From the NCBI GenBank assembly GCA_963719085.1, contig CAVRAL010000004.1, positions 512,001-576,000 of the forward strand: a DNA stretch of 64,000 nucleotides, written 5' to 3'. A model generated the notes under the pieces. It searched no databases and was not told where the DNA came from. It saw nothing but the letters and a program-made list of their open reading frames with translations. The position numbers and the translations under genes are program-made. Numbering within the stretch: the stretch's first letter is position 1; every line of letters begins with the position of its first letter. Below are positions 29,452-39,348 of this stretch, piece by piece. The DNA comes from a candidate division FCPU426 bacterium (GTDB taxonomy: Bacteria; Oederibacteriota; Muellerivitia; Muellerivitales; Muellerivitaceae).

Positions 29452-32433
29452 CTATGACTCCAACTGTTTCGGATGTACCACCGCTTGGCGCAGGGGCAAT
29501 GTCACGGTAAAAAGGGCCCCGGCCCCTTCCTGGCTTTGCGCCTCAATTTTGCCTCCATGACGTTCCGCCACTTTTCGGCAAATCGCCAATCCAATCCCCG
29601 TCCCCGGGTATTGGCCCTGGCCATGAAGCCTTTGAAAAATATTAAAAATCTTTTCGGCGTATTTGGCGTCGAATCCAATCCCGTTGTCCTTCACCTGAAT
29701 CCGGCAGCTTTCTTCGGCCTCATTCGTTTCAGCGCTGATATGGATCAAAGGCGTCTCGCCCGGCTTGTGAAATTTCAGGGCGTTTCCGATCAGATTCTGG
29801 AAAAGCTGCCGCATTTGGGCCGGATCAGCGTCCAGCGTCGGCAGGGCTTCCACTTCCACCTTGCCTTTGGTTTCTTCCAGCCTGATTTCCAAATCGCTGA
29901 GCACTTCCTGAACGATTTCATTCAAGTCCACCGGGATAAAGGGCTTGGCCCGGGTCGTGATCCGGGTCAAATCGAGCAAATCCGAAAGCAAGGTGCTCAT
30001 GCGCAAAGAAGCGTCCCGGATCCGTTTCAGATAATCCTTGCCGGTTTCGGTGAGGGACTTTCCCTCCTCGTCATTCAGAAAATTGCCGAAAGCTTGTATC
30101 TTGCGCAAGGGCTCCTGGAGATCGTGGGAAGCGACAAAAATAAAATCCTGCAGGTCCTTATTGCTGGCTTCCAGGGCCTTGGCATAGACCCTGAGGTTTT
30201 CCTGCTTTTTTTGTTCCGTAATGTCTTCCGAGATGCCCAACAAAAACCGGGGGACGCCGGCGGCGTCCAGGACCGGGATTTTTTTCGTGTGAAGTATGCG
30301 GGGCCCGTGATGGCGGGTTTGGATCGTTTCCTCGGGAATATCCAACAGTTTTCCCTCTTGGATGGTCTTTTGATCCTTGGATGTGAAGAAATCGGCTTCC
30401 GCTTTCGGGAAAAAGTCATAGTCGTTTTTACCGATGAGGTCCGCGCGGGGAATTCCCAACAATTCTTCCCCTGATTTATTGAACATCACAAACCTTAAAT
30501 CTTTCGCGTCCTTCACGAAGACCATATTGGGAAGGTTTTCCAAAACCGTGTTCAGGAAGTTGTTGGCTTGTTTGATTTGCTCCTCGGCTTTTTTTTGTTC
30601 CGTGATGTTGCGGAAAATAGCCACCCCGCCGCGCTTGCGGCCCTTTTCATCCTTCAAGGGCCTGCCCGAGGCGCTGACCAAAATCCCCTCGGGATGCCCG
30701 GCGTTGCGCAGGAACATTTCCACATTATTGGTTTCTTCCCCCTGGACGGCTTTGGCCAGCGGGTTTTCTTTTTCGGGAAAACCGGTTTTTCCATCAGGCA
30801 GGAAAATTCCGAATTGCTCGGTCCATTGCCCCGGCGTGGCGTTTTCACCCGGCCGACCGGAGATTTTCTCGGCCGCAGGGTTAAAGAGCAAAAATTGCCC
30901 TTTATCATCGGCCACCACGACACCATCGGCGATATTTTTAAGGATGGAGTCCAAAAGCTCGGTTTTTTCCTGCAACTCCCTTTGCGCCTTCTTAATCTCG
31001 GTCACATCCCGGGTCACCTTCACGAATCCCCGCAATTCTCCCTTTTCGTCCTTGAGGGCCGTCACCAGCACGTCCGCCTCGAACCGGGAGCCGTCTTTAC
31101 GGACGCGCCAACCCTCTTCCTCGAACCGACCCTTTTCCGCCGCCATCTTCAGCAGCTCCTGCGAATGGGACTTGGCATTGTCTTCCGGCGTATAGAAAGT
31201 GGAGAAGGATTTCCCCAGAATTTCCGCGCGTTTGTAGCCCTTAATCGTTTCCGCTCCCGCGTTCCAGGTCAAAATCCGGCCTTCCCGATCCAGCAGGATG
31301 ATCGAGTAATCCTTGATGGTCTCAATCGCCTTGGCTTCCCCTAGGCGGGTAATCTCCGCCAGGCGTTTACGGTCCGAAATATCCCGCATAAAGGCGATCA
31401 GGCGGGTTTTCCCGGCGAGAACTGTTTTTTGCAGGCTGACTTCTATCCAATAGCTATGGCCGTCCTTGTGGAGCGCCAGCCACTCAAATAGCTGGGGACC
31501 CTCGGTTAAAGCCTTCTGGGCCAAAGGCGCGTAATCGGCCGCGGTAAATCCCGGCTCCCTTGAGAATAGTTTTTCCATCGGTATTTTTTTGTACTCCTCC
31601 AAAGTAAACCCGGTCATTTTTTCCAAGCTGGCGTTCATATCCAAGATCGGATTCTCGACGGCCTCGGGATCGGTGATGATGATGCCGTCATTGGCCTTGT
31701 CGAAAATTTCGCGGTAGCTGGCCTCCGAAGTTTTAACCGCCTGCTCCCGGGCCAAAATCTCGGCCAGCATCTGGTTGAAGGCGTCGGTTAAATAACCCAA
31801 TTCATCCGAGCCGAATTTTTTCGCGCGAACGGAAAAATCCTGATGATTAGAAATGGCGCGGGCCGTCTCGGTCAAAGCCAAGATAGGGGCCGAAATTTGT
31901 TTTTGAAGCGCGCGGGAAAGTACATAAGCCAGCAAAAGCGAGGCGATAATAACGGTCGCCGAAAGCCAAGCGAAGGCTTGGTAACGTTCGGTCAAGGCGG
32001 ATAAATTCATCTGGAGATAAACGCTGCCGAGCACCCGATCGCCCTGCGTAACAGGGGAAAAAATTTCCAAATGCCCGTTCCGATAGCCCGAGGCTCCCGG
32101 TCCCGCGGGGAAAGCGCGGTCCGCCGCTTGAGCCGGATACTTGGCGAAAATTTTTCCCTGATTGTCATAAAGACAAGCGGCCACCATGCGGTTATCGGTT
32201 TTAAGCGCGCTCAACACTTCCGTGGCGTCGGCCTCATTTTGAAAAGCCAGCGACGCCGTGGAATTGGCGGCGATAATTTGAGCCCGCGTTGTATAGGACA
32301 AAAGCATGTTTTTATGCAGGGTGATGAATTCATAGGTCATAAAACTCACGCAAGTCAATATTAGCACCGCGCCGCTGGTCAACAAGTTGACCAGCATCAG
32401 TTTTCGCCTAATCGGCAGGTCTTGTAGCCGCAT
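29452..32433 (-). CDS. Membrane sensor histidine kinase (periplasmic sensor-HAMP-4xPAS-HisKA-HATPase)
   Basis: Two TM helices; HAMP DELGYLTDAFNQML; ASHDLQEPLRKI; NLIGNALKF; GTGIGLA. Confidence 0.95.
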   Translation of the reverse strand: MRLQDLPIRRKLMLVNLLTSGAVLILTCVSFMTYEFITLHKNMLLSYTTRAQIIAANSTASLAFQNEADATEVLSALKTDNRMVAACLYDNQGKIFAKYPAQAADRAFPAGPGASGYRNGHLEIFSPVTQGDRVLGSVYLQMNLSALTERYQAFAWLSATVIIASLLLAYVLSRALQKQISAPILALTETARAISNHQDFSVRAKKFGSDELGYLTDAFNQMLAEILAREQAVKTSEASYREIFDKANDGIIITDPEAVENPILDMNASLEKMTGFTLEEYKKIPMEKLFSREPGFTAADYAPLAQKALTEGPQLFEWLALHKDGHSYWIEVSLQKTVLAGKTRLIAFMRDISDRKRLAEITRLGEAKAIETIKDYSIILLDREGRILTWNAGAETIKGYKRAEILGKSFSTFYTPEDNAKSHSQELLKMAAEKGRFEEEGWRVRKDGSRFEADVLVTALKDEKGELRGFVKVTRDVTEIKKAQRELQEKTELLDSILKNIADGVVVADDKGQFLLFNPAAEKISGRPGENATPGQWTEQFGIFLPDGKTGFPEKENPLAKAVQGEETNNVEMFLRNAGHPEGILVSASGRPLKDEKGRKRGGVAIFRNITEQKKAEEQIKQANNFLNTVLENLPNMVFVKDAKDLRFVMFNKSGEELLGIPRADLIGKNDYDFFPKAEADFFTSKDQKTIQEGKLLDIPEETIQTRHHGPRILHTKKIPVLDAAGVPRFLLGISEDITEQKKQENLRVYAKALEASNKDLQDFIFVASHDLQEPLRKIQAFGNFLNDEEGKSLTETGKDYLKRIRDASLRMSTLLSDLLDLTRITTRAKPFIPVDLNEIVQEVLSDLEIRLEETKGKVEVEALPTLDADPAQMRQLFQNLIGNALKFHKPGETPLIHISAETNEAEESCRIQVKDNGIGFDAKYAEKIFNIFQRLHGQGQYPGTGIGLAICRKVAERHGGKIEAQSQEGAGALFTVTLPLRQAVVHPKQLES

Positions 32434-32435
32434 AA

Positions 32436-33014
32436 TTAGTCCCCTCCCGGCTTGACGATTTCAGCCAACCGAAGCACCTGGGAACTAATAACCAGATTCA
32501 CGTTTTTAGCCGCGTCCAAATCAATCCGAAAGTGGATCTTATTTTCTTCGGTGACAAAGCGGATGATGCCCCCGCTTTTGAGGAATCCTTCCATGTCGCC
32601 CACGGTCAGGATATTTCGACCCTTCACCGCGTCCAGGATTTCACCTAACTGGGCGCTTTCGGAGCGGCTGACGAAAAGAATTTGACAGTCTTTGACATCC
32701 CCAACACTGGCGTAACGTTGGATCACCAGCGGATGACCCCCTATGTTTTCACCCCGCACCGTTTCGTCCAGAAAACCATCAAAAGGATCGTCGCCCAAAA
32801 TGCCGATGCGAAAGGGCTCATCGGCGCGGGCGAAGGCGGCGGAGGGCCATTGGACGAATTGGGCGAAGTTAAATAAAAAGAGCGCCTTGATTTGATATTC
32901 CCGGGAGATCTCGGCTTGCGCGCAGGGGGGCTTGGCGCCCGCGCAAGCCAAGACGAGCCAAACCAACCCCGCCCGAAACGCCCAACGCCGGCTGAAGGAG
33001 ATCAAAATTGGCAT
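32436..33014 (-). CDS. YfiR family periplasmic protein
   Basis: EYQIKALFLFNFAQFVQWP, CQILF, ISSQVLRLA. Likely ATG at 33014. Confidence 0.9.
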   Translation of the reverse strand: MPILISFSRRWAFRAGLVWLVLACAGAKPPCAQAEISREYQIKALFLFNFAQFVQWPSAAFARADEPFRIGILGDDPFDGFLDETVRGENIGGHPLVIQRYASVGDVKDCQILFVSRSESAQLGEILDAVKGRNILTVGDMEGFLKSGGIIRFVTEENKIHFRIDLDAAKNVNLVISSQVLRLAEIVKPGGD

Positions 33015-35134
33015 GTGATCTTTCCATAACCACTGCGCTGGATTTCTTCTTGCCCGGAACCGGGAGTTCCACCTTCCAGGTGCTGATCTTGCAAAAGATT
33101 CTGTCCGGCGAGGGAAATTTCGATATCCCGGGTCACGCGCCAACCCAAGCGCAGGTCCAGTTCGGCGTAGCTGGGAATCATCTGGGGCGCGGTGGCGCCG
33201 ATACCCCCGTTTTTAACCGAATCAATCCAGCGGAAATCCGCGTCCAGTTCCACTTGTCCCGGCAAATCCATGGAAGAGCGCAAAAAGACCTGATTCAAGG
33301 GGTCGGCTGTTTCAGCCAAGCCATTCGACAAGTCCACTTGTCCCGGCGCGATCCAAATCGTCTCCTGGATCAGGTCATAGCCGCTGTGCAGCCTCCACCC
33401 CTCGGAAAGCTGATAATCGGCCGTGAATTCAACCCCGTAAGTTTGCGCCCTCAGGTCGTTGGAGAAGAAAAGCGGCACCAGGGTAATGGGCGTAAAATCC
33501 AAGCTGCGCAAATCACTGTAATTGTTAAAAAAAGTCGAAATGGAAGTGGAAAACCTGGAGTCCAATTCGGCCCGGTAGCCCAATTCATAGGCGATGACGG
33601 TTTCCGATTGAAAAGTGGAATTGTTGCCCAAAAAAGTTCCGTAGGCGGGGCTCGGCTCCAATAAATCCCGGTCATAACGCGCCGGCATGCGGACCGCCCT
33701 GGAAACCGCCGCCCAGAGCATCTGCTTGTCCGTCAAGTCCCACCGGATCCGTCCGCTGGGCTCAAACTCATATCCGGTATAATCGTTGTGTTCGACCTTG
33801 CTCCCCAGCGTGAGCGCGATATCCCCTCCAAATTTGATCTCGTCCTGGATAAATCCGCTGAATAGATTTAAATCCAAAGTATTCGGCGTAAAAGCCACAA
33901 CCGGCGCGTCGACCACTTCGTCATTCGTGAATCGATATCCCAATCCCCAAACGAGGTGGTTCCCCGCATCCAGGGCAAAGCGGTCCTGGAAATCCAAATC
34001 GATCGTGTCCAGATCATCAAAAAGAGGGCCCGCCGGAGCGCTAAAAGCCGCGCTGGCTTGGAAAGGGACGACCATGTTGGTCCGGTCATAATAGGCCTGC
34101 AGGCTCAAGTCATCGTCGTCCGCGAAAGTCCGCGTCCAGCGGGCCAATAAGTTCCCGCCCGTGCTGATGCCCTGGTAATTAGGGCTTCCCTCGCCCCCAG
34201 GCGTCGACTGGCTGTTGCCTCCATAAATGTCGCCCTGTAAGGTAAACCTATCCGGCGAGGAATCCTCCTGATCAATACGAAATCCACCCTGCCCTTTGTT
34301 CCAGGAATCTTGGGCGCTGGTGCCGTCGGAATACACTTCAGGCCCCTCGTTAAAATATTTTCCATAAACACGGTAATAAACATTGGGAGCCAAAGTGCCG
34401 CCGTAACGGGCGGCGACGAAATCCTGCGGTTGCGTTCCCCCGCCGCCCTCCACGTAGGCACCCTGTGTGTCTTTCGCGCTTTTACTGATGATGTTGATGA
34501 CGCCATTGACCGCGTTGGCGCCCCACAGGGTTCCCCCAGGACCGCTGATGACCTCAATTCGATCCAGATCCGCCATCAAGTAATCCTGGTTTCCCCAAAT
34601 GACGCCAGCGAAAAGCGGCGTATAAATACTACGCCCATCCATTAAAACCAGAAGTTTGTTGCTGACGGAGGAATTAAACCCACGGGCGCTGATCTGCCAA
34701 CCCGCGGAACTAATTTGGGCCACATCCAAATTGTCCGCCAGCCGCAGCGCCTCCGGGATGTCGAAAGCGCCTGAACGGCGAATTTCATCGTTGGTAATGA
34801 CGTCAATGGCCGCCGGTGCCTGTAAATAGGGTTGGGGTTGTTTCGCCACCGAAGTGACGTCCAAATCCATCAATTGTTCCAAGCTCAATTTTTTCAATTC
34901 ACTGGCGGGTGATTCCGTGTCCTGGACAGTGGAAGCCTCGCTGGCTGTCTGGGTTTGGGGAATCGAATTTGTCTTCACGCCCGGACTAGACGGCGGGGGC
35001 ACCGGAGTCGGCGTGAGCGACGCCGTTTGCGCGAAAGGACGGCCAATAAAAAGAAAAAAAGCGATGACAGCCAGTCCCGCCACCTGCCCCATCGGTCGTT
35101 TCCGAATGAGGCCGGCCGGGGAATAATTCGTCAT
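33002..35134 (-). CDS. TonB-dependent receptor
   Basis: LSLEQLMDLDV, plug ISARGFN...LVLMDGR...RIEVISGPGGTLWGANAVNGVINII; terminal Phe. Start codon uncertain. Confidence 0.92.
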   Translation of the reverse strand: MTNYSPAGLIRKRPMGQVAGLAVIAFFLFIGRPFAQTASLTPTPVPPPSSPGVKTNSIPQTQTASEASTVQDTESPASELKKLSLEQLMDLDVTSVAKQPQPYLQAPAAIDVITNDEIRRSGAFDIPEALRLADNLDVAQISSAGWQISARGFNSSVSNKLLVLMDGRSIYTPLFAGVIWGNQDYLMADLDRIEVISGPGGTLWGANAVNGVINIISKSAKDTQGAYVEGGGGTQPQDFVAARYGGTLAPNVYYRVYGKYFNEGPEVYSDGTSAQDSWNKGQGGFRIDQEDSSPDRFTLQGDIYGGNSQSTPGGEGSPNYQGISTGGNLLARWTRTFADDDDLSLQAYYDRTNMVVPFQASAAFSAPAGPLFDDLDTIDLDFQDRFALDAGNHLVWGLGYRFTNDEVVDAPVVAFTPNTLDLNLFSGFIQDEIKFGGDIALTLGSKVEHNDYTGYEFEPSGRIRWDLTDKQMLWAAVSRAVRMPARYDRDLLEPSPAYGTFLGNNSTFQSETVIAYELGYRAELDSRFSTSISTFFNNYSDLRSLDFTPITLVPLFFSNDLRAQTYGVEFTADYQLSEGWRLHSGYDLIQETIWIAPGQVDLSNGLAETADPLNQVFLRSSMDLPGQVELDADFRWIDSVKNGGIGATAPQMIPSYAELDLRLGWRVTRDIEISLAGQNLLQDQHLEGGTPGSGQEEIQRSGYGKITCQF

Positions 35135-35481
35135 ATTTTCAGGGTTTTTTAACATTCGCCTATCAATTTGATTCGGCCGCGATGAGTTGACCGGCATTCC
35201 AATCACCTCGGAACCCATCCCGGCGGGATAAGTGTGATTAAATTCGATAACTATTTTATCCTTATGATTTAGAAAGGGTTTCGACTTTCTGGATTGAATC
35301 TCAAAAAAATTCGACTTGGCCACATTCAGGGCTGTTTTTTGGGTAAATTTTTCCCACTTTTGAGACCCGTTTCCCTTTTGTAACCTGGGGACGCTGGAGT
35401 GACCCGATAAAAAAGCGAGTCCTCGTTTTTTGGAATTTTCACTTTACTATTAAGTCAAGCACTCAAGAAAGGCGGTTCGCG

Positions 35482-36327
35482 ATGGAAAACTTCCGCAAAG
35501 TCACTCAAATCATCCGGGGGATGGATACCTCGGACGGCGCCGGGGTCAAACTTAAACGCGTCCTGGGCTCGCCCGAGCTCGATAGGCTGGATCCTTTTCT
35601 TCTCTTGGATGAATTCAAGAACGACAACCCGGACGATTACGCCGCCGGTTTTCCCGACCATCCCCACCGGGGATTTGAAACGATCACTTATATGATGGCG
35701 GGTGAATTCACCCATCGGGATTCCAAAGGACACGAGGGCCATTTGAAGGCGGGCTCCATCCAATGGATGACCGCGGGGCGCGGCCTGATCCATAGCGAGA
35801 TGCCCGAGCAAACCGACGGCCTGGCCTGGGGTTACCAGCTTTGGTTGAACCTGCCGGCCAAATACAAAATGGTGGAACCCAAATACCAGGACATCAGTTC
35901 GGAAAAACTTCCCGTGGTGGAAAAAAACGGCGCGCGGGTAAAAATTATGGCCGGCGAATACCAGGGAGCCAAAAGCCCGGGACAATCTTTTATTCCCTTT
36001 TCTTATTTTGACGTGGAGCTGAAGCCCGGCGCGGTCTTCACGATTCCCACGCCCGCCGACCAAAACAGTTTCATTTATGTTTTTCAGGGCAAGGCCAAGA
36101 CCGGTGGAACCGACGAGCCCTCTTACGTTAAAACCGGATATCTCGGGGTTTTCGGCGAAGGCGGTTCGATTCGGGTTGAAGCGGCCGACGCGGAACCCGT
36201 CCGGTTCCTTTTCGCTTCCGCTCAGAAGATCGGGGAACCGGTGGCCCGGGGCGGGCCTTTTGTGATGAACACCGTGGGCGAACTCAAAAAGGCCATGTTG
36301 GACTATCAAACGGGGAATTTCGGCTGA
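35482..36327 (+). CDS. Pirin family protein
   Basis: DPFLLLD, GFPDHPHRGFET, WMTAGRGLIHSE, GPFVMN. Confidence 0.95.
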   Translation: MENFRKVTQIIRGMDTSDGAGVKLKRVLGSPELDRLDPFLLLDEFKNDNPDDYAAGFPDHPHRGFETITYMMAGEFTHRDSKGHEGHLKAGSIQWMTAGRGLIHSEMPEQTDGLAWGYQLWLNLPAKYKMVEPKYQDISSEKLPVVEKNGARVKIMAGEYQGAKSPGQSFIPFSYFDVELKPGAVFTIPTPADQNSFIYVFQGKAKTGGTDEPSYVKTGYLGVFGEGGSIRVEAADAEPVRFLFASAQKIGEPVARGGPFVMNTVGELKKAMLDYQTGNFG

Positions 36328-36471
36328 AGCTTGGGGTGAAGACCGGTGGAATTCGCTCTGAGGGGCCCTATACTGGGGCGGCTCCCGGTTAAGGATCCGA
36401 TTTGTCCCGTTAACCGCTTCGAGGCAACGGGACGGCGGACCCGTTTACTAACAATTTTGCGGAGAGGTTCC

Positions 36472-37248
36472 TTGATCCCCGTGCCAAGCCACCCCATTAA
36501 ACGATCCATTCTCTTTTCGCTTTTTGGGATTCTTTTAGGCTTCGGCGCGCCGCTGGGCGCTTTGGCGCTGCTGTGGTTTTCTCCCCACCCTTCGCTTCAA
36601 TTGCCTTCGTTTATCGTGGACGAATGGCGGGATCATCTTTTCTTTTTCACCTATATGTTGGCCGGTACCAGCCTTTCTTTTGGTCTTTTTGGTTTTTTTC
36701 TCGGGCGGGACGCCGACCTGATTGGGCGGCAAAACCGGCGGCTGACGGATCAAGTTTTGACGGACCCGCTGACCGGCTTGGGCAACCACCGTTTTTTGCA
36801 TGAAATTTTCAAAACCGAAATCAAACGACAAGCCGCCGACCCTAAACCCTTATCCTGTTTCATGATGGATTTGGATCATTTCAAACGGGTCAATGACACT
36901 TACGGCCATCCTTTCGGGGATGAGGTGCTGCAAGGTTTAGCCCAGCGGATCCGGGAATCTTTAAGGCCCGGGGATTACGCGGCCCGCTATGGGGGCGAGG
37001 AATTTCTTTGCCTGTTGCCCAATTGTGACGCCATTGCCGCCGGAACCGTCGCCGAACGGCTTCGCGCCAACGTCGAAAAACACCCTTTTTTTAAAGGCGT
37101 CGAAAGGATTCCGATTACGATCAGCATCGGCCTGGCGACGCGGACCGATCCTTCTTCGGATTATCAAGCCCTCATCAACCAAGCCGACCGGGCCCTTTAT
37201 CAAGCCAAGAATAAGGGCCGAAACCGGGTGGAATCGGTCACCGACTAA
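36472..37248 (+). CDS. Membrane diguanylate cyclase (GGDEF)
   Basis: Two TM helices; DPLTGLGN, DLDHFKRVND, RPGD I-site, GGEEF. Start placed after GGAGAGG. Confidence 0.9.
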   Translation: MIPVPSHPIKRSILFSLFGILLGFGAPLGALALLWFSPHPSLQLPSFIVDEWRDHLFFFTYMLAGTSLSFGLFGFFLGRDADLIGRQNRRLTDQVLTDPLTGLGNHRFLHEIFKTEIKRQAADPKPLSCFMMDLDHFKRVNDTYGHPFGDEVLQGLAQRIRESLRPGDYAARYGGEEFLCLLPNCDAIAAGTVAERLRANVEKHPFFKGVERIPITISIGLATRTDPSSDYQALINQADRALYQAKNKGRNRVESVTD

Positions 37249-37254
37249 ACCCGG

Positions 37255-37418
37255 TTTCACCGCCAAGACGCCAAGAGGGTCTCCAAAATATTTAGAAGCT
37301 TCAAAATTTAACATTTTGAATGTTTTCTTCGCGTCTTGCGCCGCCCCTCTTTAAAAATAATGTGAGGGCGGTATGTCCCGCTTGGTTGGGCCGCAAAGGG
37401 CCAGCGGGAGCGGTGAAA
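37255..37418. repeat. REP-like inverted repeat (same family as 15512) whose right arm is interrupted by a ~71-nt two-hairpin insertion
   Basis: Left arm TTTCACCGCCAAGACGCCAAGA; right arm TTCTTCGCGTCTTG[37339-37409]GCGGTGAAA. Confidence 0.75.
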
Positions 37419-37535
37419 TGTTTAAGCTGTGGCTTTTTACTCCTCTAGCGCCTTCATCCCCTTGAATCTCAATGGCTTTTCTTCCGATATTTCCATGGAA
37501 CGAAGGAACTATCGACTTAAAAGGGGTTCTACGCC

Positions 37536-38582
37536 ATGCGGCCTTATTCTTTTCTCTCCAATGACAATCTTCCGGCCCTGCAAAACGAAAAGCGGGACTT
37601 GGTTCCTTATGACAACGAGGGCCTTTTGGACGCCTATTCCAGCGCGGTCATTTACGCCTCCGAAAAGGTGTCGCCCTCCGTGGTCAATATCGATGTGTTC
37701 CAAAAAGGCCGAGGCCGAAGAGCGGCCGGCGATTCCCTTCACCGGGCGGGAAGCGGCTCGGGCTTTTTATTCACACCTGACGGCTTTATCTTGACCAACA
37801 GCCATGTGGTGCATGGCGCGTCCGAGATGGAAGTCACTCTGTTGGATGGGCAATCCCATCACGCCCGGATTATCGGCGAGGATCCGGATTCGGACCTGGC
37901 GGTGATTCGCGTGGACGTTCAGGGTTTAAAACCCGCGGCCCTCGGCCATTCCCAGAACCTCAAGGTCGGCCAGCTGGTGGTGGCCATCGGAAGTCCATTG
38001 GGATTTCAAACGACCGTCACCGCCGGCGTGGTATCCGCTTTGGGAAGGTCGCTTCGCTCCCAGTCCGGCCGGCTCATCGACAATATCATCCAAACCGACG
38101 CGGCCTTAAACCCGGGCAACTCGGGGGGGCCCTTGGTCAATTCACGCGGCGAGGTCGTGGGCGTCAACACGGCCACCATCATGGCGGCCCAAGGTTTGTG
38201 CTTTGCCATCGCCATCGATACGGCCCAGCGGGTGGCCATGCAATTGATGCGGTACGGCAAAGTCCGCCGCAGTTTTATCGGCATAGGCGGCCAGGACATC
38301 GACCTGCCCCGCCGCGCGGTTCGCCATTTTGATTTGAAAACCGAGAAGGGCGTGCTGGTGGTGGCGATTGAGCCCAATGGCCCGGCCGAAAGGGCCGGAC
38401 TTCAAGAACGGGACATCATTATCGAACTTGAGAATCAGCCCCTTCGAGGCATGGACGATTTACACCGGCTCTTGAGCGACGAACGGGTCGGAATCCCGAC
38501 TTCCCTGGCCCTCATCCGCCGTTCCGAGCGGTTGGACCTCCAGGTGATCCCTTTAGAATCCACAAAAACGAGTTCCCGTTAA
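37536..38582 (+). CDS. HtrA/DegP-family serine protease with one PDZ domain
   Basis: GSGSGF, TNSHVV, DLAVI, QTDAALNPGNSGGPL. No obvious signal peptide. Confidence 0.95.
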   Translation: MRPYSFLSNDNLPALQNEKRDLVPYDNEGLLDAYSSAVIYASEKVSPSVVNIDVFQKGRGRRAAGDSLHRAGSGSGFLFTPDGFILTNSHVVHGASEMEVTLLDGQSHHARIIGEDPDSDLAVIRVDVQGLKPAALGHSQNLKVGQLVVAIGSPLGFQTTVTAGVVSALGRSLRSQSGRLIDNIIQTDAALNPGNSGGPLVNSRGEVVGVNTATIMAAQGLCFAIAIDTAQRVAMQLMRYGKVRRSFIGIGGQDIDLPRRAVRHFDLKTEKGVLVVAIEPNGPAERAGLQERDIIIELENQPLRGMDDLHRLLSDERVGIPTSLALIRRSERLDLQVIPLESTKTSSR

Positions 38583-38695
38583 AATATCGACCGGCTTAGG
38601 GTCGACAGGGGCACAGATGCAATCGGTTCAGGGGCCGTGTTAAACTAGCCCCATGAACGCCGCCTCTTCTTTCGCGCCCACCCTTAACTTCCCGG

Positions 38696-38723
38696 GGAAC
38701 CTTTTGCCCCGGTGGGTGTCTTA
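38696..38723 (+). promoter_or_regulatory. ECF (sigmaE/SigW-type) autoregulatory promoter
   Basis: GGAACC-N16-GTCTTA. Same motif at 43264-43291 on the minus strand. Confidence 0.65.
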
Positions 38724-38727
38724 TGGA

Positions 38728-39348
38728 TTGGGAATCCTTTGGGCCGCTGTTTCAGAAGGAACTTCCAAGCCAACCCGTGAAGCCGATCGCCGCCTCGTCA
38801 CGGACGCCTTAAGCGGAGACCCCGGATTTGAGCGTTTGGTGAAGGCTTATGAAACCATGGTTTACCGAACCGCTTTTCGCTATTTGGGACAGGAGGCCGA
38901 CGCCCTGGATGTGACCCAGGAGGTTTTCATCCGGGTCCATAAATCACTCTCGAAATTCAGGGGGGACAGCTCGCTTTCGACTTGGATCTACGCCATTACG
39001 GCCAACCTGTCCAAGAACGCTTTAAGGTCCAAGAAAAACCGGGGCAAACTTCACATTTTGGCTCCCGCCGGGGAAAACGAGTCCGCCAAAGATTGGCTGG
39101 AAAAAGCGCCCGAATCCGAGTCCCAATGGGCATCCCGTTTGGCCGAAAGCCATGAGTTTCAAAAACGTTTCCAAAAAGCCTTGGACCGTTTGCCCGCGGA
39201 CTATAAGGAAGCGGTTGTTTTGCGGGACCTGGAAGATTTAGATTACGAAAAAATCGCCGCGGTTTTAAAAACAGGATTAGGAACGGTGAAATCGAGAATC
39301 GCCCGGGGCCGGGCGCTTTTGCGGGATCAATTAAAGGATTGGTTATGA
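38728..39348 (+). CDS. ECF sigma factor (RpoE/SigW-like)
   Basis: FERLV, DVTQEVF, FRGDSSLSTWIY, GTVKSRIARGR. Start moved from 38653 to the in-frame TTG after the promoter (uncertain). Confidence 0.9.
   Translation: MGILWAAVSEGTSKPTREADRRLVTDALSGDPGFERLVKAYETMVYRTAFRYLGQEADALDVTQEVFIRVHKSLSKFRGDSSLSTWIYAITANLSKNALRSKKNRGKLHILAPAGENESAKDWLEKAPESESQWASRLAESHEFQKRFQKALDRLPADYKEAVVLRDLEDLDYEKIAAVLKTGLGTVKSRIARGRALLRDQLKDWL

Noticed and set aside
35379..35405. TGTAACC upstream of pirin as a third SigF-type promoter
   Set aside because: No CG[A/G]TA element at the 15-nt spacing seen in the two accepted sites.
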